Shown: positions 8,007 through 19,054 of the stretch, piece after piece
Numbering within the stretch: the stretch's first letter is position 1
Layout of the letters: each line of letters begins with the position of its first letter
NCBI GenBank assembly: GCA_020343595.1
Contig: CP070802.1
Coordinates: 132,989 to 196,988 of the forward strand
DNA from: a candidate division WOR-3 bacterium
Lineage (GTDB): Bacteria; Hydrothermota; Tepidihabitantia; SM23-42
DNA length: 64,000 nucleotides
Reading direction: 5' to 3'
The notes under the pieces: generated by a model
Told to the model about the DNA's origin: nothing
Seen by the model: only the letters and a program-made list of their open reading frames with translations
The model's database searches: none
Made by a program: the position numbers and the translations under genes

Positions 8007-9946
8007 AGATAATTCAAATAAGTGTATTGATCATTTTCTTGGCAGCCATGTCCACGGGAGATGTTCACCGCCACCGAAAGGATAACCTGCTGCTGGAGAA
8101 CATCCCTGAAATACCCGTCTCGGTTGCATCCCGCCTGCAGCCCTACCAGAACGTACGGGCGGCATCGTTCCGTGACTGGCTACCGCAGGACGCGGGGATA
8201 TTGATACGAACAAGGTTTGGCGAGTCTGCCCAGATCCACGTTGTCGAATCACCCGGCGGCATGCGCCGCCAGATCACGTTCTTTGACGAGCCGGTCGGCG
8301 AATGCAAGGTCTGCCCTGACCCGAAAAAAGCGGTACTGCTGCTCACCAAAGATACGGGTGGTAATGAGGTCGATCAAATATACGAATACAACTACGCAAC
8401 CGGTGCCTACAGAATGCTTAGTGATGGAGAAACAAAGAACAATGCTGTAGTATGGTCGAGAAAAGGCGATATCTTCGCCTTTCGTTCCGACGAGCGCAAC
8501 CGGAGAGACTATGATATCTACCTCGGCGACCTGCGCGGGAGAAAGAGTTTCCGTTGTATACTGAAGGAAGGAGGCTACTGGTACCCGGTTGAATTCTCGC
8601 CCGACGACCGCAAATTACTGGTCAAGAAATATGTCTCATCGGACGAGTCGTATTACTACATCATCGATCTGAAGAACCAAAAGACTACACCCATATATCA
8701 TGATACGAGCAAGATATCATATGGAACCGCCCGCTGGTCCCCGGACATGAAAGGAGTTTACGTTGTCTCGGACAAGTTTAGCGATTTCAAACAGCTGTTA
8801 TACCTCGATCTCCAAACCGGGAACTTCGAAATACTTACAAAACAAATCACCTGGGATATTGGTGAAGTCAAAATTTCGCCGGCCGGGACCGAACTTGTTT
8901 TCACCAGCAATGAGAACGGCTTCAGCCGGCTATACATAATGGACATCAAAACCCGCAGTCTCAGCCGGGTCAGCCTGCCGGATGCACAGATCTATAACCT
9001 GGCGTTCAAACCTGACGGTAACGAACTCGCGATCACATTGAACCGACCGACTCAGCCCGGCGATGTCTACACCCTGAACCTGAGGACGAAGAAATTTATG
9101 CGCTGGACGTACAGCGAGATCGGAGGGCTGGACACACTATCATTCGTACCGCCGAGACTGATACACTATGAAACATTCGACAGCATCCAGGGAAAACCCC
9201 GTAGCATTCCTGCGTACTACTACGAACCCAGGAAATTCAAGCCGCCCTACCCTGTTCTGATCGAATGCCACGGAGGTCCGGCAGTACAGGAAAAACCCTA
9301 TTTTTCGTATTTGTTCCAGTTCTTTCTCAATGACATGGGCATTGCGGTAATCGCACCGAACATCCGCGGCTCAACTGGTTACGGAAGGGAATATATGCTG
9401 CTCGACAATGGCTACAACAGAGAGAACTCGGTGAAGGATATCGGCGCACTGCTTGACTGGATAAAGAAACAGCCGCAGCTCAACAGCCGGCGTGTCGCAA
9501 TAGGCGGCTCTTCATACGGCGGCTACATGGCACTCGCAGCAATGGTGCACTACGGGGACCGGCTTGCCTGCGGCATCGACATGCTCGGTATCAGCAATTT
9601 TGTAACGTTCCTCCAAAATACGGGCAAATACCGCCAGGACCTCCGCCGCGAGGAGTACGGCGACGAACGAGATCCGGCAATGCGCGAGTTCCTAACACGC
9701 ATATCACCACTCACCAGTGCGGACCTCATAAAGAAACCCATGTTCATTGTCCAGGGGCTCAACGATCCGCGAGTCCCGGCCTCCGAGGCTGAGCAAATCG
9801 TCAAGGCAGTACGCAAGAACAACGTCGAAGTCTGGTATCTCTTGGCCGAGGATGAGGGTCACGGTTTCGGCAAGAAATCGAACCGGAACTTCTTCCAGCA
9901 GGCAATGGTCCTGTTCCTGGAGAAATATCTACTCGGAAAGAAATAA
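8003..9946 (+). CDS. S9 family serine peptidase (prolyl oligopeptidase/acylaminoacyl-peptidase type) with N-terminal beta-propeller
   Basis: Signal peptide, a propeller region, and a C-terminal alpha/beta hydrolase domain with GGSSYGGYM (GxSxG nucleophile). Confidence 0.8.
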   Translation: MKIIQISVLIIFLAAMSTGDVHRHRKDNLLLENIPEIPVSVASRLQPYQNVRAASFRDWLPQDAGILIRTRFGESAQIHVVESPGGMRRQITFFDEPVGECKVCPDPKKAVLLLTKDTGGNEVDQIYEYNYATGAYRMLSDGETKNNAVVWSRKGDIFAFRSDERNRRDYDIYLGDLRGRKSFRCILKEGGYWYPVEFSPDDRKLLVKKYVSSDESYYYIIDLKNQKTTPIYHDTSKISYGTARWSPDMKGVYVVSDKFSDFKQLLYLDLQTGNFEILTKQITWDIGEVKISPAGTELVFTSNENGFSRLYIMDIKTRSLSRVSLPDAQIYNLAFKPDGNELAITLNRPTQPGDVYTLNLRTKKFMRWTYSEIGGLDTLSFVPPRLIHYETFDSIQGKPRSIPAYYYEPRKFKPPYPVLIECHGGPAVQEKPYFSYLFQFFLNDMGIAVIAPNIRGSTGYGREYMLLDNGYNRENSVKDIGALLDWIKKQPQLNSRRVAIGGSSYGGYMALAAMVHYGDRLACGIDMLGISNFVTFLQNTGKYRQDLRREEYGDERDPAMREFLTRISPLTSADLIKKPMFIVQGLNDPRVPASEAEQIVKAVRKNNVEVWYLLAEDEGHGFGKKSNRNFFQQAMVLFLEKYLLGKK

Positions 9947-10078
9947 CCGCACCTGCGGAGACGAGAACAGTATTCAAGGCTGTCGATCGGCATTCCAACC
10001 CTGTAGTATGTACATATCACGTGTTTATGAATTTTAGGTATTTATTCTATAGGCATTTAATCTATTTATGGAGGTCAT

Positions 10079-10555
10079 ATGAAAATTCTGGTAGGTTACT
10101 ATTCACGCAGCGGCAATACAAGGAAGATGGCACAGGCAATCGCCAAAGGCGTTGCTGAAGAAAATGTGGCATGTGATGTGAAAGAGGTCTCGGATATCAA
10201 AGTTGACGAACTGCTGCAATACGAAGGACTCATCTTTGGTTCGCCTACCTACTACGGTCTGATGGCGGCGGAACTGAAGAAACTCTTCGATGACAGTGTA
10301 AAATACCACGGAAAACTAACTGGCAAGGTCGGCGGTGCTTTCACTTCGAGCGGCATGATGGGCGGTGGTGGTGAAACAACAATCTTCAGCATCTTCGAAG
10401 CCCTGCTCATCCACGGCATGATCATTGTCGGCGATGCAAAGATGCAGCACTACGGACCGCTCGCGGTCGGTGCACCGGACAAGGATGCCGAGAACACCTG
10501 CATGAAATACGGCAAAAAAATCGCCGCACTGACGAGGAAGATCCAGGGAGCATAG
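10079..10555 (+). CDS. Flavodoxin-like fold protein (flavodoxin / NAD(P)H-dependent FMN reductase family)
   Basis: MKILVGYYSRSGNTRKMA is a flavodoxin-type FMN-binding N-terminus. RBS GGAGGT lies upstream. Confidence 0.65.
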   Translation: MKILVGYYSRSGNTRKMAQAIAKGVAEENVACDVKEVSDIKVDELLQYEGLIFGSPTYYGLMAAELKKLFDDSVKYHGKLTGKVGGAFTSSGMMGGGGETTIFSIFEALLIHGMIIVGDAKMQHYGPLAVGAPDKDAENTCMKYGKKIAALTRKIQGA

Positions 10556-10571
10556 AGACAGGGCAATTGAA

Positions 10572-10597
10572 TGAAAATACTCCCGCACTTCCTGTCA
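10572..10597 (+). terminator. Hairpin terminator candidate after flavodoxin gene
   Basis: Perfect 9-bp stem cccgcactt/aagtgcggg with an 8-nt loop, but only a weak T tract follows. Confidence 0.4.
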
Positions 10598-10776
10598 AAA
10601 GTGCGGGACACTGAATTTTGCAACCAGATCGAAGATCTGGGCAAAATTCGCGAGGACAAGACGACTTTTTGGGATTTACCTGGATTTTGAGATTTGTGGT
10701 TTGGAATTTTGGCTGTTGGGGTTTATTTGGATTTTGTGATTTGTAGCTTGGAATTTGCTTTGTCATATGCCTCTGC

Positions 10777-10804
10777 TTGACGCTGCGTGTTTTCTGGATA
10801 TAAT
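10777..10804 (+). promoter_or_regulatory. Sigma70-like promoter TTGACG-N16-TATAAT upstream of tdh
   Basis: ttgacg at 10777-10782 and tataat at 10799-10804. A phased T-tract block at 10671-10766 precedes it. Confidence 0.5.
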
Positions 10805-10819
10805 AGGGGCGGAGTCTGA

Positions 10820-11860
10820 ATGCCAACAATGAAAGCAGTAGCAAAGACAAAACCCGAACCTGGTGCGGAAATCATCGACATAGACATACCCACGCCCGGC
10901 CCTGATGACGTTCTGGCTAAGGTTCTCGCGACTTCGATCTGCGGGACAGATCTGCATATCTATGAATGGAATGAGTGGGCACAGGGTCGGATCAAGAATA
11001 TACCGCAGATCATGGGGCACGAACTCTGCGGTGAGATCGTTGAAACAGGTAAGAACGTCAAGAATTTGAAGAAAGGCGACATTATCTCGGCGGAAACCCA
11101 CATTGCCTGCGGACATTGTTACCTTTGCCACACAGGCAACGCCCATATTTGCGTCAACGGCAGCATATTCGGGGTCGACATCAATGGTGTATTTGCCGAA
11201 TACGCCGTAGTACCGGCACCGAACGCGTGGATACTCGACAGCCGGATCCAAAAGGACTTCGCGTCGGTGATGGAACCGCTCGGCAACGCAGTGCATACGG
11301 TTCTGGCCGGCGAGATCACCGGCAACACGGTCCTGGTCACCGGATGCGGTCCTATCGGGCTCATGAGCATCTCGGTGGCGCGCATCTGCGGTGCAACGAA
11401 AATAATCGCCACGGAAATAAATGACTTCCGTATCGGTCTGGCAGGAAAAGTCGGCGCCGATGTCGTGCTCAACCCGACGAAAGACAAAATCGTATCGAGG
11501 GTGCTGGAAGAAACCGCGGGACTCGGTGTTGACGTTGTCCTGGAAATGTCGGGTAATCCGACAGCCATGATCGATGCCTTCGGAGCTCTGAGGCCCGGCG
11601 GACGCTACTCGATCCTCGGCATACCCGACAAACCGATGGAAATAGACATAGGAAAACACATCGTCTTCAAATATGCTACGGTTCAAGGCATCAACGGCCG
11701 GTTGATGTTCTCAACATGGCACAAGACGGCAAGATTCCTGAGCTCCGGCCGTCTCGATCTCGAGCCCATCATAACTCATCGATTACGCCTCGACGAATAC
11801 GAAAAAGGAATGGATTTGATGAGGCAGGGTAACTGCGGCAAGATATTGTTGTATCCGTAG
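10820..11860 (+). CDS. tdh: L-threonine 3-dehydrogenase (zinc-dependent MDR family)
   Basis: End-to-end similarity to Tdh, including ICGTDLHIYEWNEWAQ, GHELCGEIVE, and a GxGxxG Rossmann fold. Confidence 0.85.
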   Translation: MPTMKAVAKTKPEPGAEIIDIDIPTPGPDDVLAKVLATSICGTDLHIYEWNEWAQGRIKNIPQIMGHELCGEIVETGKNVKNLKKGDIISAETHIACGHCYLCHTGNAHICVNGSIFGVDINGVFAEYAVVPAPNAWILDSRIQKDFASVMEPLGNAVHTVLAGEITGNTVLVTGCGPIGLMSISVARICGATKIIATEINDFRIGLAGKVGADVVLNPTKDKIVSRVLEETAGLGVDVVLEMSGNPTAMIDAFGALRPGGRYSILGIPDKPMEIDIGKHIVFKYATVQGINGRLMFSTWHKTARFLSSGRLDLEPIITHRLRLDEYEKGMDLMRQGNCGKILLYP

Positions 11861-11872
11861 TCTGGCGCCAGC

Positions 11873-12256
11873 ATGATTAAAGGGGTGGGCATTGACATTT
11901 CGAAGGTCGAACGATTCAATGCATTGAAAGACAAGAACGCATTCATCCATGAAGTACTAACGCCTGGCGAGATCACTGCTGTCGGGAGTGGACCGGACAC
12001 TACGGGTTCACTCGCTCTTCTATTTTCAATAAAAGAAGCGTTCATAAAAGCTTTGCGCTGCGGACTTCATCTTGGACATTTCTGGAGGCAGATTAACATC
12101 GATCCCCGCCTTGAGGTCGATGCCTCGGGGCGCATACGGGACCTTATCAACGAGAAATCTATCAGTAAATTGCATATCTCTGCTGCGCGAACGAAAAAGA
12201 ACGCGGTGGGTATTGTCGTAATGGAATCCGAGGATCAATTTCAGGAGGTGCTTTAA
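11873..12256 (+). CDS. acpS: Holo-[acyl-carrier-protein] synthase (4'-phosphopantetheinyl transferase, AcpS type)
   Basis: ~127 aa, with GIDISKVERF and IKEAFIKAL AcpS motifs. Confidence 0.7.
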   Translation: MIKGVGIDISKVERFNALKDKNAFIHEVLTPGEITAVGSGPDTTGSLALLFSIKEAFIKALRCGLHLGHFWRQINIDPRLEVDASGRIRDLINEKSISKLHISAARTKKNAVGIVVMESEDQFQEVL

Positions 12257-13956
12257 TGAGTAACATCGATTCCTACGAAGAACGGTATTCGAATTTTGAC
12301 TGGAAGATATCGGCCGAGGAACTTGAGTATGGCAAGAATGGGATGTACAATATCGGGTTCTACTGCAGCGACCGGATCGTGGAAAAAGGATTCGGTGACA
12401 GAACCGCCCTGATATGGCAGGGATTCAAGGGTGATGTAAAGGAATTCACCTACAATGACATCCGCATCTACAGCAACGTCGTCGCAAAATTCCTTATAGA
12501 TAAGGGCGTCAAGAGCGGAGACCGTGTCTGCATCTTCATGGATCGCATCCCCGAATTGTACATATCGTTCGTCGGCATTTTGAAAATGGGCGGAATAACC
12601 CAACCACTTTTTTCAGCCTTCGGTGAAGAAGCGCTTTTCACCCGGCTCGAGGATGCGAAGACCAAAGCGGTCATCACCACTAAGAAACATGCCGGCAAGA
12701 TCCGCAGGATCCGGGACCGGCTTCCCGCCCTTGAGAAGGTCATCATCGTCGATGTCGAAGAACAGGCTCTCAAGCCGGGCGAGATCTCCTTCAACATGGA
12801 GAAATCGACACCCGTTGAGAACTTTGAAATCGAAAAAGTGGGTCCGGAAGTACCTTCGGTCCTCCATTACACCTCGGGCACGACTGGAAAACCCAAAGGT
12901 GCGTTACACGTGCATTCTTCCATCATTGCCCAGTATATAACAGCAAAATGGGTCCTGGATATCACAAGCGGCGATATCTACTGGTGCACTGCAGACCCAG
13001 GTTGGGTGACCGGCACTAGTTACGGCATAATCGGCCCCTGGGCGTGCGGCGTTACCCAGACCGTGCTCGATTCAGGATTCAACACCGAGAAATGGTATCA
13101 ATTCATTGAAAAACACAAAATCACCGTTTGGTATACTGCACCAACCGCTATCCGCCTCCTTATGAAAGACGGGACGAGTGCCGTTCAAAAATACGACCTC
13201 AGCTGTCTCCGGCATCTAATCAGTGTTGGCGAACCTCTCAATGCCGAGGGCGTGATCTGGTCCGAACAGGCGTTCGGCAAGCCATTTCACGATTCCTACT
13301 GGCAGACCGAAACCGGATCGATCGTCATCACCAACTATCCGGGGATGAAGGTCAAGCCGGGGTCGATGGGCAAACCCTTTCCAGGAATAACAGCCACGGT
13401 TCTCGACCAGAAGACATTCGGACCCATCACCACTCCAGGCAAGGTAGGGCTCATCGCGCTCAAACCGGGCTGGCCATCGATGTTCCGTGCCTACTGGGAA
13501 AATAAGGAAATGTATGACAGTAAATTCAAGAACGGCTGGTACATCTGCGGTGACCGCTCGAGTATTGATAGTGAAGGTTACTTCTGGTTCGTCGGCCGCG
13601 ACGATGACGTAATAAACACGGGCGGGCACCTGGTCGGCCCCTTCGAGATCGAATCGGCACTGCTCGAACACGAAGCCGTCGCCGAATCAGCAGCGGTTGG
13701 TAAACCGGATGCCGTCAACATGGAAGTAGTTAAGGCCTTTGTCGCGCTCAAACCAGGATACGAGGCAAATGCCGATCTGGAGCTCAGCATAATGAATTTT
13801 ATTCGTAAGAAATTGTCCCCGCTGGCAATGCCACAGGAGATCGAATTCGTCGAATCTCTGCCAAAAACCCGAAGCGGCAAGATCATGCGTCGCTTGCTAC
13901 GGGCAAAGGAATGGGGACAGGAAATAGGTGACACATCAACATTAGAGAACGATTGA
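12256..13956 (+). CDS. AMP-forming acyl-CoA/acyl-ACP synthetase (acetyl-CoA synthetase family)
   Basis: AMP-binding motif YTSGTTGKPKG, plus the Acs-type YWQTETG motif and a C-terminal PKTRSGKIMRR. Confidence 0.8.
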   Translation: MSNIDSYEERYSNFDWKISAEELEYGKNGMYNIGFYCSDRIVEKGFGDRTALIWQGFKGDVKEFTYNDIRIYSNVVAKFLIDKGVKSGDRVCIFMDRIPELYISFVGILKMGGITQPLFSAFGEEALFTRLEDAKTKAVITTKKHAGKIRRIRDRLPALEKVIIVDVEEQALKPGEISFNMEKSTPVENFEIEKVGPEVPSVLHYTSGTTGKPKGALHVHSSIIAQYITAKWVLDITSGDIYWCTADPGWVTGTSYGIIGPWACGVTQTVLDSGFNTEKWYQFIEKHKITVWYTAPTAIRLLMKDGTSAVQKYDLSCLRHLISVGEPLNAEGVIWSEQAFGKPFHDSYWQTETGSIVITNYPGMKVKPGSMGKPFPGITATVLDQKTFGPITTPGKVGLIALKPGWPSMFRAYWENKEMYDSKFKNGWYICGDRSSIDSEGYFWFVGRDDDVINTGGHLVGPFEIESALLEHEAVAESAAVGKPDAVNMEVVKAFVALKPGYEANADLELSIMNFIRKKLSPLAMPQEIEFVESLPKTRSGKIMRRLLRAKEWGQEIGDTSTLEND

Positions 13957-13974
13957 AACAAATAAGGAGGTCGT

Positions 13975-14229
13975 ATGAACCAAGACATTAAGAATTTGAT
14001 AATAGACTACGTCAAGAAAGAATATCTGGAGGAAGATGCGGAACAAGAAGTCAATGAGACCACACCATTGATATCGAGTGGCATAGTTGATTCGTTCTCA
14101 ATGGTTTCATTGAAGACTTTTCTCGAGAAGAAATTCAACATCAAAATCCCGGATGAAAAAGCAACTCCTGAGGCATTCGATAGTGTTAACAACATAATCA
14201 ATCTGCTCAAGGAATTTAACGTCACATAG
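13975..14229 (+). CDS. Small carrier protein (acyl/D-alanyl carrier protein-like, phosphopantetheine attachment)
   Basis: 84 aa and acidic, with GIVDSFSMVSL resembling the DltC/ACP Ser attachment site (DS[LM]xxVxL). A strong GGAGGT RBS precedes it. Confidence 0.55.
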   Translation: MNQDIKNLIIDYVKKEYLEEDAEQEVNETTPLISSGIVDSFSMVSLKTFLEKKFNIKIPDEKATPEAFDSVNNIINLLKEFNVT

Positions 14230-14236
14230 GAGGTCC

Positions 14237-15487
14237 GTGATGGCCTACAGTAATAAGGCAAGAGGCTTCTTTGCGAACGAACTGACCGGTATCAGGGAAG
14301 CAGGAACCTTCAAGGAGGAAAGATTCATAGAATCACCCCAGGCCGCCAACATCAAAGTGGAATTCCCGGCCGGATCACCGCCAAAAGAAGTTCTCAACTT
14401 CTGCGCAAACAACTACCTTGGTTTATCGAGTCATCCAGAAGTTGTGACCGCAGCGCATGACGGTCTGAAGGAACGTGGTTACGGTATGTCGTCAGTGCGT
14501 TTCATCTGCGGTACCCAGGACATTCATCGGGAACTCGAAGAGAAGTTGACGAAATTCCTGGGCACCGAGGACACCATCCTCTTTCCTTCATGCATGGATG
14601 CCAATGCCGGCGTGTTCGATGTTGTCTTGGGCAAAGAAGATGCCATGATCGCGGACCGTCTCGTTCACGCCTCCATCGTCGATGGAATGAGACTGTGCAA
14701 GGCGCAATTATTCAATTACAAGCATTCAAATATGGAGCACCTCGAGGAGAAATTGAAGGAGAGCCAGGACTGCCGCTTCAGGCTCGTGATCACCGACGGC
14801 GTATTCTCCATGGACGGCGATGTCGCCAAACTAGATGAGATATGCAACCTTGCCGAAAAATATGATGCCATGGTGCTCGTCGATGACTCCCACGCCACCG
14901 GCTTCATGGGCAAGACCGGAAGAGGCACGCACGAACACTGCGGTGTGCTCGGACGCATTGATATCATAACGACAACCATGGGCAAGGCGCTGGGTGGCGC
15001 GTCGGGTGGATGCGTCAGTGGACGCAAAGAGATTGTCGACCTGTGCCGCCAGCGTGCCCGACCTTACTTGTTCTCGAACACGGTACCGCCGGTTATTGTC
15101 GCCGCTGCCAGTAAAGTACTCGACATTATCAGCAAGACGACCGACCGCCGCGACAAGCTCGAGGCGAATACCGTATTCTTTAGAGAAAAAATGACGGCCG
15201 CAGGATTTGACATTAAGGAAGGCGTGCATCCGATAGTACCGATCATGCTTTACAATGCAAAACTTGCACAGGACATGGCCCGTGATCTTTATAATGAAGG
15301 TATCTATGTAATAGGTTTTTCGTTCCCGGTCGTGCCCAAGGGCCAGGCCCGTATCAGAGTGCAAATCTCTGCCGGACATGAGCAAGCGCATATTGAACGT
15401 GCGATCGCAGCATTCACGAAGATAGGCGAGAAATACAAGATACTGGGCAAGAAGAAGAACGAGATAATCGATATGTATGGACTATGA
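14237..15487 (+). CDS. kbl: 2-amino-3-ketobutyrate CoA ligase (glycine C-acetyltransferase), PLP-dependent alpha-oxoamine synthase
   Basis: High similarity to E. coli Kbl along its whole length (NFCANNYLGL, ITDGVFSMDGD, TTTMGKALGG with the Lys). The likely true start is the ATG at 14240, 6 nt after GGAGGT. Confidence 0.85.
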   Translation: MMAYSNKARGFFANELTGIREAGTFKEERFIESPQAANIKVEFPAGSPPKEVLNFCANNYLGLSSHPEVVTAAHDGLKERGYGMSSVRFICGTQDIHRELEEKLTKFLGTEDTILFPSCMDANAGVFDVVLGKEDAMIADRLVHASIVDGMRLCKAQLFNYKHSNMEHLEEKLKESQDCRFRLVITDGVFSMDGDVAKLDEICNLAEKYDAMVLVDDSHATGFMGKTGRGTHEHCGVLGRIDIITTTMGKALGGASGGCVSGRKEIVDLCRQRARPYLFSNTVPPVIVAAASKVLDIISKTTDRRDKLEANTVFFREKMTAAGFDIKEGVHPIVPIMLYNAKLAQDMARDLYNEGIYVIGFSFPVVPKGQARIRVQISAGHEQAHIERAIAAFTKIGEKYKILGKKKNEIIDMYGL

Positions 15488-15612
15488 ACCATCGACGATG
15501 GAAAAATCAAATCTCAATATCCAAATACCAAACGATTTCAAGAACCAAATATCCAAATTGGGTATTGGGATTTTAGCATTATTTGTAATTTGATGCTTGG
15601 TGTTTGAGATTT

Positions 15613-16748
15613 ATGTCATCCGCGGAGAGGACATCTGACGTTATTGTGATCGGTGGTGGCATCATTGGCTGTGCTACTGGTTACTACCTGGCAAAGAAGG
15701 GGCTGAAAGTCAATCTCCTGGAAAGGGACTACCTAACCTCAGGTTCCACAGGCCGCTGTATCGGAGGAATCCGACAGCAATTCTCAACTCCCCTCAGTAT
15801 AAGAGTCGCGATGGAATCGATGAAGAAGTTCGCCGCGATGAATGATGAACTGGGTCAAGCCGTTGAGTTCCATCAAGGCGGATATCTATTTCTTGCGCAC
15901 AGCGAGGAAAAGAAACAAACATACCTGAAACTCATTGAAATCCAGCGGAAAATGGGGCTCGATGTCGAATTCATAGACGTTGGCGAGGTCGAAAAACTGG
16001 TGCCGGGCATCGACACGGAGGACCTCCTGGGCGGTGCCTACTGTGCGAGCGACGCGCAGGCGAACCCGTTTCTGATCGTTGACGGCTATGCACGGAAGAT
16101 AAAGGAAAAAGGACATGTCTTCACACATAAGGAAGTTACGCGGATAAATGTCGAGAACGGAAAGATCGTTTCGGTCAGCACGCGTGACAACGAAGATTTC
16201 CACGCGCCGATCGTGGTCAATGCGGCCGGACCCTTTGCCCGTGACGTCGCTCAGATGGTCAACATCGATATACCGGTCTATCCTGAACGGCATGAAGCAA
16301 TGATCACCGAACAGATGGAGCGGTTCTTCGACATGATGATCGTTGATTACCGACCGGACGGATGCTATTTCAACCAGAAGTGGCCACATGGAAGCATTAT
16401 TGGATGCTACACCCCGATACCGAATGTCCCCGGATATGATCTGGGCACGTCATTTGAATTTGCCAAGGAAATGGGTCGCCGGATGGGACGGCTAATACCA
16501 AGATTGAGTGATACAAAGATCATACGGCAATGGTCGGGAAGCTATGAAATGACGCCGGATGGTAATCCGATCCTTGATGAATCCGACGTTGCCGGTTTCT
16601 GGATCGTGGGCGGTATGTGTGGTCACGGATTCATGTTGGGGCCGGAGATCGCTTGGCTTGCTGCCGAATACATCGCCGAAGGAAAACCCCCATATGACAT
16701 CACGGAATTCGCCCTGCACCGTGATTTCGTCGGTAAAGAGGTGATGAA

Positions 16749-16752
<4 letters not shown>
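15613..16752 (+). CDS. FAD-dependent oxidoreductase (DAO family; glycine/D-amino-acid/sarcosine oxidase-like)
   Basis: VIVIGGGIIGCATGYYLAKKG dinucleotide-binding motif. The start was trimmed from the tool's TTG (15604) to the ATG at 15613. Confidence 0.7.
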
Positions 16753-17857
<1,105 letters not shown>

Positions 17858-17956
17858 ACCAGCAAGCATAATAATTTGATCCGTCGTTTTCTGCACAATA
17901 AGTAGCATGAGAGTCATGTAAAATAGTGTTTATACAGTAATTTCTAAACATCGCTC

Positions 17957-17984
17957 TTGACACAAAATGAATTATATATATAAT
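17957..17984 (+). promoter_or_regulatory. Sigma70-like promoter TTGACA-N16-TATAAT for pilMNOPQ
   Basis: ttgaca at 17957-17962 and tataat at 17979-17984, sitting in an AT-rich intergenic region. Confidence 0.5.
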
Positions 17985-18013
17985 TACACAATTAAATGTG
18001 AAAAGGAGTCAAC

Positions 18014-19054
18014 ATGTTCGGGAGAAAGAAAAAAGTACTTGGTCTTGATATTGGGTCAAGCCAAACAAAAATAGTTGAACTTAGCGCAGGTAAGAGCAAG
18101 AAGTTATTAAATTTTGGGATATCTAAGGTCTTACCTGACGCTATAGTTGAAGGTGAAATAATCGATCGGGAGGCAGTTCTGGACTCCGTCAGAACATTGA
18201 TTGAAACCAAAGGCTTTTCCACAAAAGACGTTGTCCTCGGTATTGCGGGCAGAGACGTCATCATAAAGAGGATCACAATGGACCGCATGAGTGAGGCTGA
18301 TACCAGGGAGCAGATCAAATGGGAAGCCGAGCAGTATGTGCCCTTTGATATCAACGAAGTATCACTCGATTTCGACGTCGTTAACCCGAACTTCGGAGAT
18401 AATCAACAGGAAGTCATTCTTGTCGCCGCGAAAAATGAACTCATCAACAACCTCACTTCTCTCTTGAAAGACCTTAATCTCACACCGATCATCATTGACA
18501 CCACTGCCTTTGCAATTCAGCACGTCTACGAACACAGCTACGAAGTGGTCACCGATGAAATCATCTGTCTCATCCACCTCGGCGCGGGAATGACGGTTAT
18601 CAATGTCATAAAAGGCGGTTCGAGTCTGTCGGCACGTGATGTCTACTATGGCGTTAATGCATACATAAGCAAGCTCCAAAAGGAAGTCGGATTCAACTAC
18701 GAGGATGCTGCGAATGCGGCCAAAGGGACTGTGCCGCCGGGCGTGTCTCAAGATTCAATCCAGGGTGTCTTCGAATCCTTCGTGAGTGATCTTGGTACCC
18801 ACATCGAGAGAAGCCTGCAATTTCTCTCGACGGTAACCGGAGAGGAAAAGGTCGGCCGCATGTACATTTCGGGTGGTGGTTCTTTGATACCGAATCTCAC
18901 TGACTACCTCAAGAGGCGCTTTGGAATACCGATCGAGGCACTCAATCCCTTCAAGAACATCGTTTATGATCCGAATATTTTCGTACCTATGGGCGCGGAT
19001 GCAGCCGGGCCGATCCTGGCTCAGGCTGTTGGTCTGGCATTAAGGGGGGAATAA
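18014..19054 (+). CDS. pilM: Type IV pilus assembly protein PilM (actin-like ATPase fold)
   Basis: LGLDIGSSQTKIVEL N-terminus and typical PilM length. RBS AAAAGGAG precedes it. Confidence 0.85.
   Translation: MFGRKKKVLGLDIGSSQTKIVELSAGKSKKLLNFGISKVLPDAIVEGEIIDREAVLDSVRTLIETKGFSTKDVVLGIAGRDVIIKRITMDRMSEADTREQIKWEAEQYVPFDINEVSLDFDVVNPNFGDNQQEVILVAAKNELINNLTSLLKDLNLTPIIIDTTAFAIQHVYEHSYEVVTDEIICLIHLGAGMTVINVIKGGSSLSARDVYYGVNAYISKLQKEVGFNYEDAANAAKGTVPPGVSQDSIQGVFESFVSDLGTHIERSLQFLSTVTGEEKVGRMYISGGGSLIPNLTDYLKRRFGIPIEALNPFKNIVYDPNIFVPMGADAAGPILAQAVGLALRGE

Noticed and set aside
10763-11686. 307-aa minus-strand ORF
   Set aside because: It lies entirely antisense within the well-supported tdh gene. 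The translation is Arg/His/Asp-rich and low-complexity with no motifs, so it is a typical antisense artifact.
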